Below, one piece after another: positions 11,601-24,851 of a stretch of 64,000 bases of DNA. The notes under the pieces are model-generated. The model searched no databases. It was not told where the DNA came from and was given only the letters and a program-made list of their open reading frames with translations. A program made the translations under genes and the position numbers. Positions within the stretch are counted from its first letter, which is position 1, and every line of letters begins with the position of its first letter. Origin of the DNA: Octopus sinensis (lineage: Eukaryota). The DNA is taken from contig NW_021836137.1 in NCBI RefSeq assembly GCF_006345805.1, positions 62,001-126,000 of the forward strand, in the 5' to 3' direction.

Positions 11601-12794
11601 CATTCTATTCAACATAAATTAATTTGAACAGAGGGGGAAAATAATACTGGAATAACATTCAAATACACTGAAACACTTTTCCTCCTTCCAAAAGGTACAT
11701 TAACACTATAATGAATCACAAAGGCAATCCAATTAAGCCTTTTCACCAAGCACATTATATTTACACATCTAAAACACCCAGAGGGAATATTTCTGATGAG
11801 TTCATATACATGTATGCATACATACAAGCTTGCTTGCACAGACATACACAAGTGTACATGCATCATACACACACATACACACACATACACATAGCAAGGC
11901 ACAACAGAAATGCATTAATTCTTCTATATATCTACATCACAGAAATTTACTAAAAAAAAAAAATATTTGGAATTATGTAAATACAGGAAAATGTTTTTGT
12001 GAAGAGCAGTTTCATTTAAGTATAAATTTATATTCTCTTCTGACAATAGTTTTACAATACTCTCCAAAAATCATCCAGTTCCTCTTTGTTACTCATATCT
12101 CTCCATCACTCTCCTTTATATATACTGGAATTTATCAAAAGACATGCATGCACATAATGTGTGCACACAAACACACACAATAGAAAAACAAACTAAGTAA
12201 GCTTATTCTATTTCGGCTTGCTTGAATACGAGAAAGAAAGAATCACATTATGAAAGTCAGCTAGCTGACATTTTATACTGAAAAAAGGTGGTTCATATTG
12301 ATCCTTTATCCTCTATTTCATTCATTATGTTCAAAGACAGTTACATATTTCATCTACTTTTTTATCTTCATTTGATTACAAAACTCTTCATAGAAAAATA
12401 AGCAATAAATGTCTTCATGTGAGAATGACAAAGATATATAATTCCCCCGACATAAAGGATATTTTCTTATAATCTGTAGCAGGTATGCACAAGATGACCT
12501 CTTGCTAATACACGTTCACAATTTTGCAAGCTGATCAATTTAATACCCAAACTATTTGCAAAGTGGAACATTGCTTAACATCTTGGAGAAATATCATTCT
12601 TAAGGCATTTTTAGGGAAAAAAAATAAACACTTGTTTCATCATTCTATGATTTCATGTACCACATTTGTTGATTAATCTAAAAAGAGTGTAGGATAGCAA
12701 TCATTAAAAACAGAACAATTTGAAAATGAAATCCTGTTATTATTATTATTATTAATATTATTATATGAGGCCTTGTGCTTCCAGCAGGAAGGAT

Positions 12795-12834
<40 letters not shown>

Positions 12835-12835
<1 letters not shown>

Positions 12836-13055
12836 AGGCAGCAAGCTGGCAGAATTGTTAGCATGCCAGGTGAAATGCTTAGTGGTATTTTGTTTGCCGT
12901 TATGTTCTGAGTTCAAATTCTGCTGAGGTCGACTTTGCTTTTCATTCTTTTGGGGGTCGGTTAAATAAGTACCAGTTATGCACTGGGATCGATGTAACCA
13001 ACTTAACCCCTTCCCCCAAATTTGAGGCTTTGTGCTTTCAGTAGAAAGGATCATT
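12835..13055 (+). mobile_element. SINE family 2 (Meta-domain-like), full length
   Basis: AAGGCAGCAAGCTGGCAGAATTGTTAGCA..GTTCTGAGTTCAAATTC..GAGGTCGACTTTGCTTTTCATTCTTTTGGGGGTCGGTTAAATAAGTACCAG; (ATT)n tail. Confidence 0.85.
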
Positions 13056-13137
13056 ATTATTACTATTATTTACTATGTGTGTGTATATAAAAGCATGAGT
13101 GCATTTGAAAATTCAGACACGAACAAACATTCTAGTA

Positions 13138-13356
13138 ACATTGGCTTCAATTTTTGGCGCAAGACCAGCAGGTTTAGAGGAGGAGAGAAGTTGATTACAC
13201 CAGCCTCAGTGTTCAACTGGTATTTATTTTATCAACCCTGAAAGAACAAAAGGCAAAGTCAACCCTGGTAGCATTTGAAATTAGAACATAAAGTCGGCAT
13301 AAATGGTGTTAAAAATTTTTCGTGACACATTAAGGACTTTGCCAGCTCACCACCTA
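13138..13356 (-). mobile_element. SINE family 2, inverted neighbour
   Basis: CTGGTATTTATTTTATCAACCCTGAAAG..AAAGGCAAAGTCAACC..GCCAGCTCACCACCT is reverse complementary to the family. Confidence 0.8.
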
Positions 13357-14276
13357 AAACATTCCAGTAATATTATATATTCACTTATAGAAAAATGGGA
13401 TTTGTAGCTATTTCTGAGTCTGAATCTTAATACTTTCGAGTACTCAACAAACAAGTTATATTCAGTATTTTCTGTAAGAAGAGTATCAAAAGAATAACCC
13501 TAGATTCACAGTATCAAGTTCATGCTATGTTCTGAATTCAAATATCACCCAATAAAATTTTTTCATCATATGTTTGTCCATAATTCCTAATACTGGTAAT
13601 TTCTTTATCAACTCCAGAAAAATGAAACATAGAGTTAAACAGAGAGGGATCTGAAAACAGAATATTAAAAATATTTTGCCTCATATTCTATAATTTCTGC
13701 CACCCGTTGCTCTCCCGGATATATTTAGTAGAAAAATAAAGAAAGCAACATAAAAGGTTGCCTTAGGAGTTATATATTATAAATTTGTTGTGTAACATTT
13801 TACATTTTAATACATGATCTTCCATCGTTCAAAAGGACTATGGAATGACAGATAAGGATACATTTTTATTACATTCTTGATTTTGAATGCTTAGCATTGA
13901 AATGAGTTAGCTGAAAATTGAAACTGGTCTGACAATTTCGATAAAAAAAAAAATGTATGACTATTCATATTACCTGGAGAAGTGTAATGGTCAAGGTTAA
14001 AATTTAGATTCCTAGCTGAAACACTGTCAGTTAAAATCTGACAGTTCTCTTCAGAATAAGCTCTTGACAAAGTGGATTATTTCAGTTGACCTAGTTTATA
14101 TAACTAAAACTCAGACATTGCAGGCACTTCACATTTGCATGGATAGTATTAAAGGAAGTATCCATAATATTTAAAATCTCTGTTATTTCACAATGCTAAG
14201 GGAAAACATTCTAATATATGATTTTAAAATCTTTCACTGAACACAACATATATTATTTTCTGATATAAACAGCAGA

Positions 14277-14321
14277 AGTCCATAATTTAAGCAGTGCAGT
14301 CCATAATTTAAGCAGTGCAGT
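14277..14321. repeat. Perfect 21-bp tandem duplication
   Basis: AGTCCATAATTTAAGCAGTGC x2 plus AGT. Confidence 0.95.
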
Positions 14322-15432
14322 GGCTTATATGGGAAATTTAATATAAAAAGAAGCTAGTATTAGCAAATAATATATATTAGAAATTATTCTTATGAAAGAA
14401 GTTGTAAAATATTAAAATATTTGAAAAAGTAGCATGAACACTAACTCAAGCACTTAATTTAGAAATATTTTTGTGATCTTACAAACAACTTTGATTTCAT
14501 TGAATTAATTTCTTGAAAGACAATACATGGGAGTTTAAAAAAACTGTTTTTCTTTTGTTTTCGTTTTTTGTCGTTTTTTTTATATAAATCACCCCTGGTT
14601 TAAATACCTTAAGAACAGGGGAACAATATCCTTGACATCTTACTATGACAGAGAGCAAATTTTATTCATTAATATTGGTTCTTATGAGCGTTTGTTTTTA
14701 AACAGCTTGCATTTTGAATTATGCCACTGGCTCTTACTATACAACATATTTTAGCACCTTTTAAAAATTTATTTTACAGTAATATTCTCATTTTAATATT
14801 CTCTTCAATTTGAAATATTTCTTATTCATATGATTCTGATTATGTTTTGGCAAAATTTCTACATTAGATTAAAAAAGAAATTCTTCAAAACAATATGTTC
14901 ATTAATATTCATAAATAATTAGAAACAGGTTGTGCAGGTTTACAAACAGAGTTTGCAATAACACAGTACATTGTAATATTGTAACGTTTTATGACTCGGA
15001 GGAAGAGTTTGAGTTTAAAAGAAATATTGATAAGTGTTTTATGAGATCATCTAATTAGTGTCAGTACTGGCAGTTATAGTGAAAATATGGATGAAGTTCA
15101 GGGAGCTAATATCTCTTCAAGCAATATAGTTTCTCTCTGTATGTAAAAGCAGACTGTTTGAAACATAAAAAGTGTGAGGCAGCACAGCATTGAGAAATGA
15201 TAATTGAATGTATACATGTCTGTGGGGGTTTAAGAGAAATGAATCAAATAGGATTCATTAGATATCTAACATTACATTGCAAAGAAAGCAAAGGATCATG
15301 ACATTAAAGATATAAGTTCAGATACACAGCTGATGCCTTAATGCCATGAACCAACCATTCTGGTATAGACATGTGATTAAAATTGGAATATGTGTACTGT
15401 GTACTAATAATGAAAGAGAAATATATGGGAGA

Positions 15433-15467
<35 letters not shown>

Positions 15468-15473
<6 letters not shown>

Positions 15474-16202
15474 GATCCCATAAATAATGCAGATTTTTTC
15501 AATTGCATGAGCTAAAAGTTGGAGAGAGACGGGATAAACTACCTGTATCAACTTGCTATAAAAGTAGGTAGTAATTTCACCTTTTTACTTATTCTTGGTG
15601 TGAGTTTTGAAGAGTGCAGTTCGATTTTAAGTTATTTTTTTCAAAGCTATAATTGAAGACACAAAGGAGCATATTCAGCATATATTGCCTTATGAGTTCA
15701 ATAAAAGCAATGAATGGTAAGTGCAAGGAATATTAATGCAGTACATGGAGATCAGACAGTAAGCGTAAGCTAGTGTCAATGGTGGTTCCAGAAATTTTAA
15801 GCCAGAAACTTTTAAGCCTAGAAAAATTTATCTAGCCTAGAAAGTGAGCCTTGTCCTGGAAGATCTGTAGAGATCGATGAGGATATCCTGCAAACCCTGG
15901 TGGAACAAAATCCCATTGTAACTGTTGAGGAACTAGCAGAGAAGCTTGGATTTGGTCATTCAATCATCCATCAACACTTGCGTGCCATTGGAAAAGTCAT
16001 CAAATTGGGTCAATGGGTTCATCACAAACTTTCCGAGTCTAATCACATGCAGAGAGTGAATGTGTGCTCTTCTTTACTGTCATATCTCATAAATGAACCT
16101 CTTTTGGACCAAATAGTAACTGGTGACGAGAAATGGGTTCACTCTAAAAATGTCAAGCACCGAAGACATTGGGTAAGGAAAGGAGAAACACTGGCACACC
16201 AG
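15468..16202 (+). mobile_element. Mariner transposon, 5' half (decayed transposase)
   Basis: Starts at a (TA)n tract. TKEHIQHILPYEFNK..CQWWFQKF..EQNPIVTVEELAEKLG..KLGQWVHHKLS (WVPHEL motif)..IVTGDEKWV (first catalytic D). Truncated at ~16202. Confidence 0.93.
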
Positions 16203-16339
16203 ATTGAAGAGAAACCAGGTTCAAAATTTCCCCAAGACACCTGATGAAGGCTGGTGGGTATATCAGCCGAAACGTTGTGTTAACAACAAACAAGATGAGG
16301 ACAAATATCAATCAATAGTAAATAATGTAAATAATGTAG
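16203..16339 (+). mobile_element. Penelope-like pLTR fragment
   Basis: GGTTCAAAATTTCCCCAAGACACCTGATGAAGGCTGG..CAGCCGAAACGTTGTGTTAACAACAAACAAGATGAGGACA; second copy at 22745-22856. Confidence 0.75.
16236..16281 (+). ncRNA. Minimal type I hammerhead ribozyme
   Basis: Stem I GACAC/GTGTT, core CTGATGA (16241), stem II GGCTG/CAGCC, GAAA (16269), loopless palindromic stem III ACGT. Predicted cleavage after 16276. Confidence 0.75.
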
Positions 16340-17849
16340 ATAAGGTTTTATTCTTTCTCTTCTTTTCAACCAGGGAATATTAAATTTGTCTTTGACAGAA
16401 ATGTGTTAATTTTGCAGCATGGTTTCATAGTTTACTTCATGTCACTGTTATTCTTGTTCTGTTTTTTACTTCTTATTTTTACACGTTCAAATAAAAATAC
16501 AAATTTCCAAAAGCCCCAAGCATTAAAAATGATAATTCCAAAAGATAGGGAGAAGGATACCTCCTCGCACATTAGCCTATTCAGTTACTGAAGTGCATGC
16601 CAGTCTTATTTGAAGTCCTCATCACCATGGAAGCAAATCATTCACTGTCATCAGAAATACACAGACACTTGTGGAAATGTATGTTCAAGTGCATACACAT
16701 GTGAATGTGTAAAACATATTATAATGGTTGAAATGGAAGAGCTATTGGAGATGTATTCTGTCTTGCAGACAGAGTCTTGAAATACCAAATTAATAACAAC
16801 GAAGGAACGCAGATTTTTGTGTCAAGTATTGGAAATTGTTTGTAAAACTATTAGTCTACTGGTGGTTATTGAATCTGTGGACAAATTAAGAATGCATTCC
16901 AAGTGTCTAAAATTTTCAAACAGTAGACAAGCAATTTAAATGTCATTCAGTGTAACTCATTTAGAATGCATGAAATGGTATAAAGAAAGTGAAAATTTTT
17001 TTTATTCTTTTTTGATTAATAGCAGATAAAAATAGAAAGAAGAAAATTAATGATTGAAAAAAGAGAACACATATCTAATGAAAAAAATTAAAATGAAATG
17101 TATCTAATATATATAATTCCAGACATTTAGATTTACTTCTTTTGTGTAGTGTCTACTGGGTAAATGGTGACAATAGAGAAAGTTTAATTGAATTAAGTAA
17201 GATAAATGAATATTGAGCAATTCATTATGATTGCTTAAAACTACTAGCACATAAACATTGATGAATGAAAGTTAACATCTTCAGTCAGTGGTCTACATTA
17301 GTAGTCATGGTACACAATACAAGTTAATAATAAATTTAAAAAGAAATATACTGTTCAAATTCCACAGGAGTCATTTTCCTCTAACAACTAAATATAAATT
17401 CAAAATTATTCCCCACAAACCCTCCTATCTAGTTTGATTTTTTTTTCCATTTGCTGCAACTCCTATACCCTTACAAAAACAGTAACTGAAATTACTTCAA
17501 ACAAAATAAAAATTAATTTCAGTGTACTTCTTATTGCACAGTTTAGACTAGAATCATTTTTCATAAAATGAAGTTATTAATCTAAAGATCAATAAAGTTA
17601 GTCCAATTAAGACTGTATTGAGCAAATTTGGTTAGGAAAATTCCTTTTAAGCTACACAAAGCAGTTTATGAACTATACTGATTACTTTTGATAATATATC
17701 ATCTGAAACACAGGTGGAGAATGGGTAGGTTATATGAATCAAAGTTGATGAGATATTGATAAATAAAATATGAAATGAGGGTCATTACTATGCTACTACA
17801 ATAGTTAGATGTTGATGTTAAATTATCTAAGTAGATAAATGATATTAAT

Positions 17850-18910
17850 ATGACATGCAAATCAGAAAGAAAAAAATGGAAATAAAAGACAAATAAGATA
17901 GAAATTTGTAAATGTAAAAGAAATCAGAAATGAACCACAAGACATGAAAGAGACAAGGAAGAGAAACTGGGTAAGAATGGGGAGAAAATAGTAGGAAATG
18001 GAAGCTAAAATACAGATAGTAAAAAGAGGAAGAAAAGGAATCCATGTGAAAGAGATAAGCAGACAAGATACATTGATAAAGTATGAAAGACATGATAGAA
18101 ACAGGAAGAGTTTGATAAAGTAAAGGAAAATAACAGTTATCATTCTAGATTGAAAGGAAGGAAAAAAACTATTTTATACATACATACATACATACATACA
18201 TACATACATACATACATACATACATAGGATGTTAAATGAAAATACACACACACACAACTGTAGATAGATATAGATATATAGATATTATACAACTAAAAGA
18301 GAGAACAAGGAACCAACACTAAGGGAGTTAAAGAAGAAATGTGTGTGTGTGTGTGAAGGTGAGGATAGTAAGAAGGGAGAGATGATTATGAAGTAATATA
18401 CAGAAGAGCAATTGCATGAGTGGAAAGAGTGACAAAGAAAGATAGATGCAGAAAAAAATAAGTACAAAAAATGTGAAAATAGAAAACAGAAAGGAAAAAA
18501 TAAGGAAACAAAAGAAGAAATTGGAAAGAAAAATAATAAGAGAGTTTAAGGAAAGCAAGATAAATGCAAAGAAAGAAAATGAAAATAAGAGGGGATAAGA
18601 GAGAGGAAAAGAGAAAAACAAATAGTGGACAAAGTGAGGAACAAAGAGAACAAGTAGAGAAAAAGAATGAAGTGAAAGAAAGAAAGAAAGAGAAAGACAA
18701 AACGAGAGCAAAAGAGAAAGGGGAGAGAAAAGAGAGAAAAGTTTGAATAAAGAATGAGTGAAAGAAAGAAAATGATAATTGACAGAGAAAGAGAAAGAAA
18801 GGAAAGAGATAGATGAGTAAAGGAAAATATTTTTAAAATGGAAATGACTAAAACAATCACATCAAAAAAGACTGGAAATAAAATAAATAAATAAATAAAT
18901 AAATAAAATA
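17850..18910. repeat. Purine-rich (GA/A-rich) low-complexity tract with (TACA)n and (TAAA)n
   Basis: About 1 kb dominated by A/G on the plus strand. Confidence 0.9.
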
Positions 18911-20377
18911 AACAGCAGATATTCTGGCAAAATGTGGTTTTAATCAACAATTTGACTGAGTCTGTTCAGTTATCAGTGAGAACAATCTAAATGGATGTTT
19001 TTTTTGCAGTGGAAATTATTGATTACTTCATGCTCAATGAACCAAAAGAAAGCAAAACTGAATTTCTGTTTCACAAGGAAAGATATAGGCAAAAGGATAG
19101 AAACTAACCCAGATTCCATTTCATTATTTTGTTTCTTTGTCTATTAATTGTTTTCTTATCTTTTTACATTTTAATGACTTACTGTCACTTAGAAAAATTG
19201 GAGCAATGTATTTTAAATGTAATTATTCTAAGATATTTTACATTAAGTGGTTGATGCATCATTATACACACACACACACACACAAAGATACATATGCATT
19301 TACAAATGTAAATGTACTACATGTACATGTGTATGGTATGTAAGATGAGAGAGAGAGAGAGAATGTGTATTATATGTACATAGTTTAATTAATTGGTCAA
19401 CAATGGACTTGGTAACTTATAAGTTAATTTAATATAATTTTTTTTGTTGTATCTCTGCTTCAGCCAACTATTTTACTACTACTATTTTACAAAATTAAGA
19501 TCATAAAATAGAAATCCTCTTGGCACACCTACTCCAATTTTATACAATAAGATTATTTTCATGAGAAGCTTTGTAAATTAGATATGCTATTACACTTAAA
19601 AGCATTGTGAATACTGTTCACTCCCAATACATTTGATTTGAGTGTGTTGAATTTTGAACTACATGGATCTACAGGAATTTGTTAGTCAAATGCATGGGGT
19701 TGACAGGTATGCTCAACTGACTGTTCACATTTCTTGCTATTTCTTCAACTTGTTATATTCTAAAATCAGTTTTAAATTCAACAACTTGCTTTATAAAAGT
19801 TACAACTCAAGTTACTGATTACAAGTGGTTGTAGCTAAAAAGGCATAGAGTAGCATAAGTCTTAGAGATTTTCATTGATACACATTATAGAAAGATATTT
19901 TAAGTAAAATTCTTGAAACAATATGTAAAATATATTTTAGATATATTTTGGTTTATAAATATTTTTTTGCCGTGAAACAGAATGAACAAAAAGGAAAAAC
20001 ATATTCGAAATTTCAGAGCCACATATAAAGAAATGCAATCAAAACTTACAAGTTGCTTTTTGCGACAACTAATTACTGAACGAATACAGAAATTAAAATT
20101 AACAAGCCCATATGTACTGAGACTTTCAGATCCTATTAAATGCTTGATTAGAGAAAGTGATGAAACATAGCTTAAGAGTGGAGGAGTAAATTTCCTTTAT
20201 AAAGGATTGAAAATATAGAAGATAAATACCAAGGTTCAAATAGATTATTCAACAAAATAGATTATTCAACTAAGGAGTAATTCATAAGAATGAAACAGCT
20301 ACAAATTATACTATATGTGTTGTGTGTTTCCATTACTTCTGGATACTTAGTCTAATAAGAACAACAATTATACTTAC

Positions 20378-20439
20378 ATGTAAAGATCAAAAGTACTAAC
20401 ATGAAAATTGGTACCACAAATGGTTAAGCTTCCAAAATG
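20378..20439 (-). other. Candidate 62-nt exon of an unidentified host transcript
   Basis: Minus strand: CTAAC branch point, TTTCAAATTGTTTTAG acceptor, CAT|GTAAGTA donor. One open frame, HFGSLTICGTNFHVSTFDLY, which I do not recognise. Confidence 0.3.
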
Positions 20440-21439
20440 CTAAAACAATTTGAAAGTTAGTAGGTGCAGTTTCAGACTACTAGAATACATTGTTTATTGC
20501 ACTCATTTTATTTCACATAGTTTTCAGATCAAGTTCAGCTACTGAACTCTAAGACAGGAAATTTTTAACCTCCTCTTTATAATTTCAAATGAATGCCAAA
20601 GAAAAAAAAAATGCACCTATCTACTCTTTTTGTAAATAAGAAATTAAAAATAACAAATGTCAAGAAGTAAAAATTAAGAAATATAGCATATCTTGTAATC
20701 TGTAGCCTATGCAAGAGAAATATTAGAAAATGAGAAAGAAAATCAAAATAACACCCACATATATCTTTCCAACACTAAATACAATAGCAAGAACAGAAAC
20801 ATATTCACTTTGTGCATCTGAATAACTCAATGACAAAAGTCAATAAGTCCATATTGAGAATAACAAAACACATTTTATATAGATATCAATTTAGTACAAA
20901 TTGTTTTGGAATTGATACTTGCTGATAGAAAGTATGGACACAACATGTTTGTGATTCTGAATTATTTCTTACATATGTAGTCTGAAATTTATGAAGACAA
21001 TGAAGGTAAACATATTACTATCCCAACGATACTAAAACATATAAAGGAAGCAATTTTCACAAAGAATCTAACCTACATTATTTTTGAAGAGATCATCATT
21101 TGCTCAATACTAGTTGTAAATTTAAAGTTTTGTACAATAGAATTTTTTCTTGTTTTGTATTTTCCAAATTGTAAAGAATATCTTTTCCTATATGCAAGTC
21201 ACAAAAAAATTTTTTATCTACATTTAGTAACAACAAAAGAAAATTCTCAACTTTTATAACATTTTTGTCATTGCACTACAGCTGCTTTCTGCTTTTTTTT
21301 TAATGAAAACAAAACTGAGTTCATTCAGTTGAATTATTAGTATCATGAAATATTGATGTCATTTATACTCACAAAGTATTTGGAATTTTGAAAATGTTTG
21401 AATCTACACATTTCTTTAGCAATATAATTTTAAATACAA

Positions 21440-22235
21440 CTAGCAGCATAGCCCGGCGTTGCCCGGGTATGTAAGAGCCCCTAGTAGGCAACGACTAATC
21501 CCAATCTAGTCCTTTCCCTCTAGGGAACGAAGGCGCATGTGTAGGTTGCAATGTCTTCTCTTCACTCGAATACTTCTGTGTATACGAATGTTCCTAGCTG
21601 TCCCTTTGGGCGATAAAAAGGTCGAGTTGTGTCCCCTAGACAGTTTGTGTTTAATACACAAATCAGTTTGCTATGTGTGCCACATATGATTTAATTAACC
21701 AATTTTTTCCAGTAATGAAGTATCCTATTGGAATAAAAAGGGCCATATAGCTCCTTGGAGCAGACATGATGCTCGCTGTGAATTAAAAAAAAAATTCCTG
21801 CCAATTTGTGAAAGATATTGTCGAAAAGATGTCATCTTGAATTTGAACGCAATTTCCCAAAATGGCATGATTTTATCGACTTTTTCTGATGGTAAGGTAT
21901 TGCATGGAAAACTAACATCAGAATTAAGTTTCTTAGGGTAACATTAAGCTTCACCATGAGGTTGGTGAAAATCGATTGCAAGTTGCGAAAACTACAACAG
22001 AAAATGCGTTGCATATAAAAAGCTTAGATTCTTGACCCCATGTCGAATTTATCGATTTTTTTCAGAACTGGGGGAACTTTTCAAAATTTTTGCTGCGTTA
22101 GTTTTGAATTATGACATTGGGCTATGTGTGTGTCAAGTTTCATCAGAATCGGTTGAAAGCCGTGGTCAGGGTGAGGGTACAACCTGACAGGCACACAGAC
22201 ACACAGGCAGACAAACTGCCGTTTATATATAGAGA
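21440..22235 (-). mobile_element. Non-autonomous Helitron
   Basis: Minus strand begins TCTCTATATATAAA with a (CTGT)-like microsatellite and ends with a GC hairpin (CCCGG..CCGGG, 21452-21467) then CTAG|T. No TSD; CpG-rich. Confidence 0.85.
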
Positions 22236-22695
22236 AATTTGTACTTGTTTAACCTTTGTAATGGTTAGTGCCAACAGCTTTTGTCCATTCTGGGAAATAA
22301 TCTTCAAGGGTAGAATCATTTATATTGATCCCATTTCATCACCAGTACTTATTGTTATTGACTTTAGAATCAAACTCAGCAAGATTTGAGCACAATGTAA
22401 CGAGACCTCATCAAAAAAGATATGATATTTTGTCTAACACCCAGTTAATGTGATTTGGTAATTTAGTTTTAAAATTAATGCTTGAATTAATATGAATCAG
22501 ATTTATATAATTATATTATAGTGAAAATGACACCAGAGTTAATGATGATGGTGTTGGTAATGGTATTGGCGGCAGTAACAACAATAAAGTTAACTAATAA
22601 ATAACACTCAAATTATTTCCCTCATTTTATTCTTGAACTTTAAGTTTGATATTCGACATTCATGGTTGACATATTGTTGTTATAGTTTCTTAATA

Positions 22696-22856
22696 CTGTT
22701 CTATATTTTAGAGATGAGAAATTTCATACATTATTTATATTGGGTTGGGTTCAAAATTCTACTAGGACACCTGATGAAGGCTGGAGAATAAATCAACCGA
22801 AATGTGGTAACAACAAACAAGATGAGGACACTATCCGTCTAATGTAAATAATGTGC
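22696..22856. mobile_element. Penelope-like pLTR in two oppositely oriented pieces, decayed hammerhead
   Basis: 22745-22856 matches 16218-16339 (CTGATGA at 22771, GAAA at 22799). 22696-22741 ends in TACATTATTTATATT, the reverse complement of the AATGTAAATAATGTA end. Confidence 0.7.
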
Positions 22857-23989
22857 AGTTTCTTACTGTTAGCATAAAAATCCTATTTTATTGATTCACA
22901 GCTGATGGAAAATTCTTCTTGGAACAACAACAAAGTTAAAAGAATCACTACTCCAAGCTTAAACTATTGTGAGATAGTACTGAAGAGTGTTTAAGAGTTC
23001 ATTACATCTCTCTGCCATCATCAGTATCAATACATACAAACTTTAAATTAACTATTTTCTTGGAATGTTCTTCCTAACAGACTTTTCAATGTCTTTAGGT
23101 AGTTGCTTTCTTTTCAAATTCTGTTACTTTTATGGTAAATTAGCTATGATTAAATTCCAAATTTAGTGGTCATCTGTCTCAAAGATTCTTTTTTCACTTA
23201 TAGCATTTAATGGCAAGGACCTGATACATTTTGACTTCCAAATAATGGTGTTCAGCTTGATGCATGATATCTAAAAGTGATGAGAAACTGTTCATAACAT
23301 CGTTATACCACTTTTTGTAGAACATAATTCTTCAAAGCTATTCTAATATTATTATGAAGAATCATAAAATCTTTAAATCACTTTGATTTCCAATCAAAGT
23401 ACACCACATAATTGTTATATGTTTTAGAGTCAAAGATGGCTGCACACTGGCAAAATCAAATGTCTTTCCATAACAAACCATGAACACAAAGAAATAGTAG
23501 TATTTGTCTGAAGACATGTTTCTAGGTGGTTGATGAAGGGTTGTTATACAGACATGCAAGGAAATTGCTATGTCCTCTATGCTGCAGGCGGTTCATATGC
23601 TTTAAGGGGTACTGGAAGGTCATATATGTACGTGTTATAAAAAGTTAATGCAGAAGAGGTTCTGGGGATATTCCATTTGATTATAGATACTAAATATGTT
23701 AAACACAATGTTCTATGCAGAGAGATAGTTCACCAGGAATCATTAAGAATCAGCACAATCATTGTGTTTATTCTTAAGGAGGTATCGAGTATCTTTTATA
23801 TGTAGATATAGAGGAATGTAGTAATTGAAAGTTTTTGTACTATAAGTGGAAGCAGTGGTGTCTGTTATTTTCAGTGAATGCTTTGTTAGCAGTAAACCTG
23901 TAAAGCATTAAACATAATAATGCTTAACAAAACCTTTGAAGGAGTTTCTGGACCATGCACAAAAATATTTTAAATTATATCTCTCTCTC

Positions 23990-24206
23990 TCTTTTACTTG
24001 TTTCAGTCATTTGACTGCGGCCATGCTGGAGCACCGCCTTTTAGTCGAGCAAAACGACCCCGGGACTTATTCTTTGTAAGCCCAGTACTTATTCTATCGG
24101 TCTCTTTTGCCGAACTGCTAAGTGACGGGGACGTAAACACACCAGCATCGGTTGTCAAGCGATGCTAGGGGGACAAACACAGACACACAAACATATACAC
24201 ACACAC

Positions 24207-24246
<40 letters not shown>

Positions 24247-24402
24247 TACGACAGGCTTCTTTCAGTTTCCGTCTACCAAATCCACTCACAAGGCATTGGT
24301 CGGCCCGAGGCTATAGCAGAAGACACTTGCCCAAGATGCCACACAGTAGGACTGAACCCTGAACCATGTGGTTGGTTAGCAAGCTACTTACCACACAGCC
24401 AC
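23990..24402 (-). mobile_element. Full-length OR/CORE-type SINE (young)
   Basis: Near-identical to 482-877. Confidence 0.92.
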
Positions 24403-24802
24403 TTTTTAAAAAAATCTTCCTGTTTAATACTGTCTTGTGTGTATGGTGTAGAATTCTAATACTTAGTCGCTAGTTATTCTGTCTAATACTATCTAAGTGC
24501 AACATATTTATATTGTTGAGTGACAGCTGCTTGTGCTTTATATTCTTTTGCTTTTCATCAGAGCCAAGTTTTCAGGTGGTTGATATCACTACAGAATTAT
24601 TTTGCAATTATGTCTAGGGAATGGCTGAATGTTTTCTGCATATGGTGTTGTGTGTATATTATGTTATTGCTTTTTGGTATTGATGGTAGCTGTATTTTGG
24701 TTGTAGATAGGTGTTCTCTAACAATTAACTTTAAAAGCTAGCTGGCAATCTATGTATGTGTGTGCATATATGTATGTGTGTACATATGTGTGTGTGTGTG
24801 TG

Positions 24803-24851
<49 letters not shown>

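Noticed and set aside
18285-18950. Several >100-aa Phe/Leu/Ser-rich ORFs as membrane proteins
   Set aside because: Artefact of the pyrimidine-rich low-complexity strand.
23400-24740. Possible very old Penelope RT/GIY-YIG remnant on the minus strand
   Set aside because: Only faint motif traces, and the domain order is inconsistent; cannot support without a profile search.
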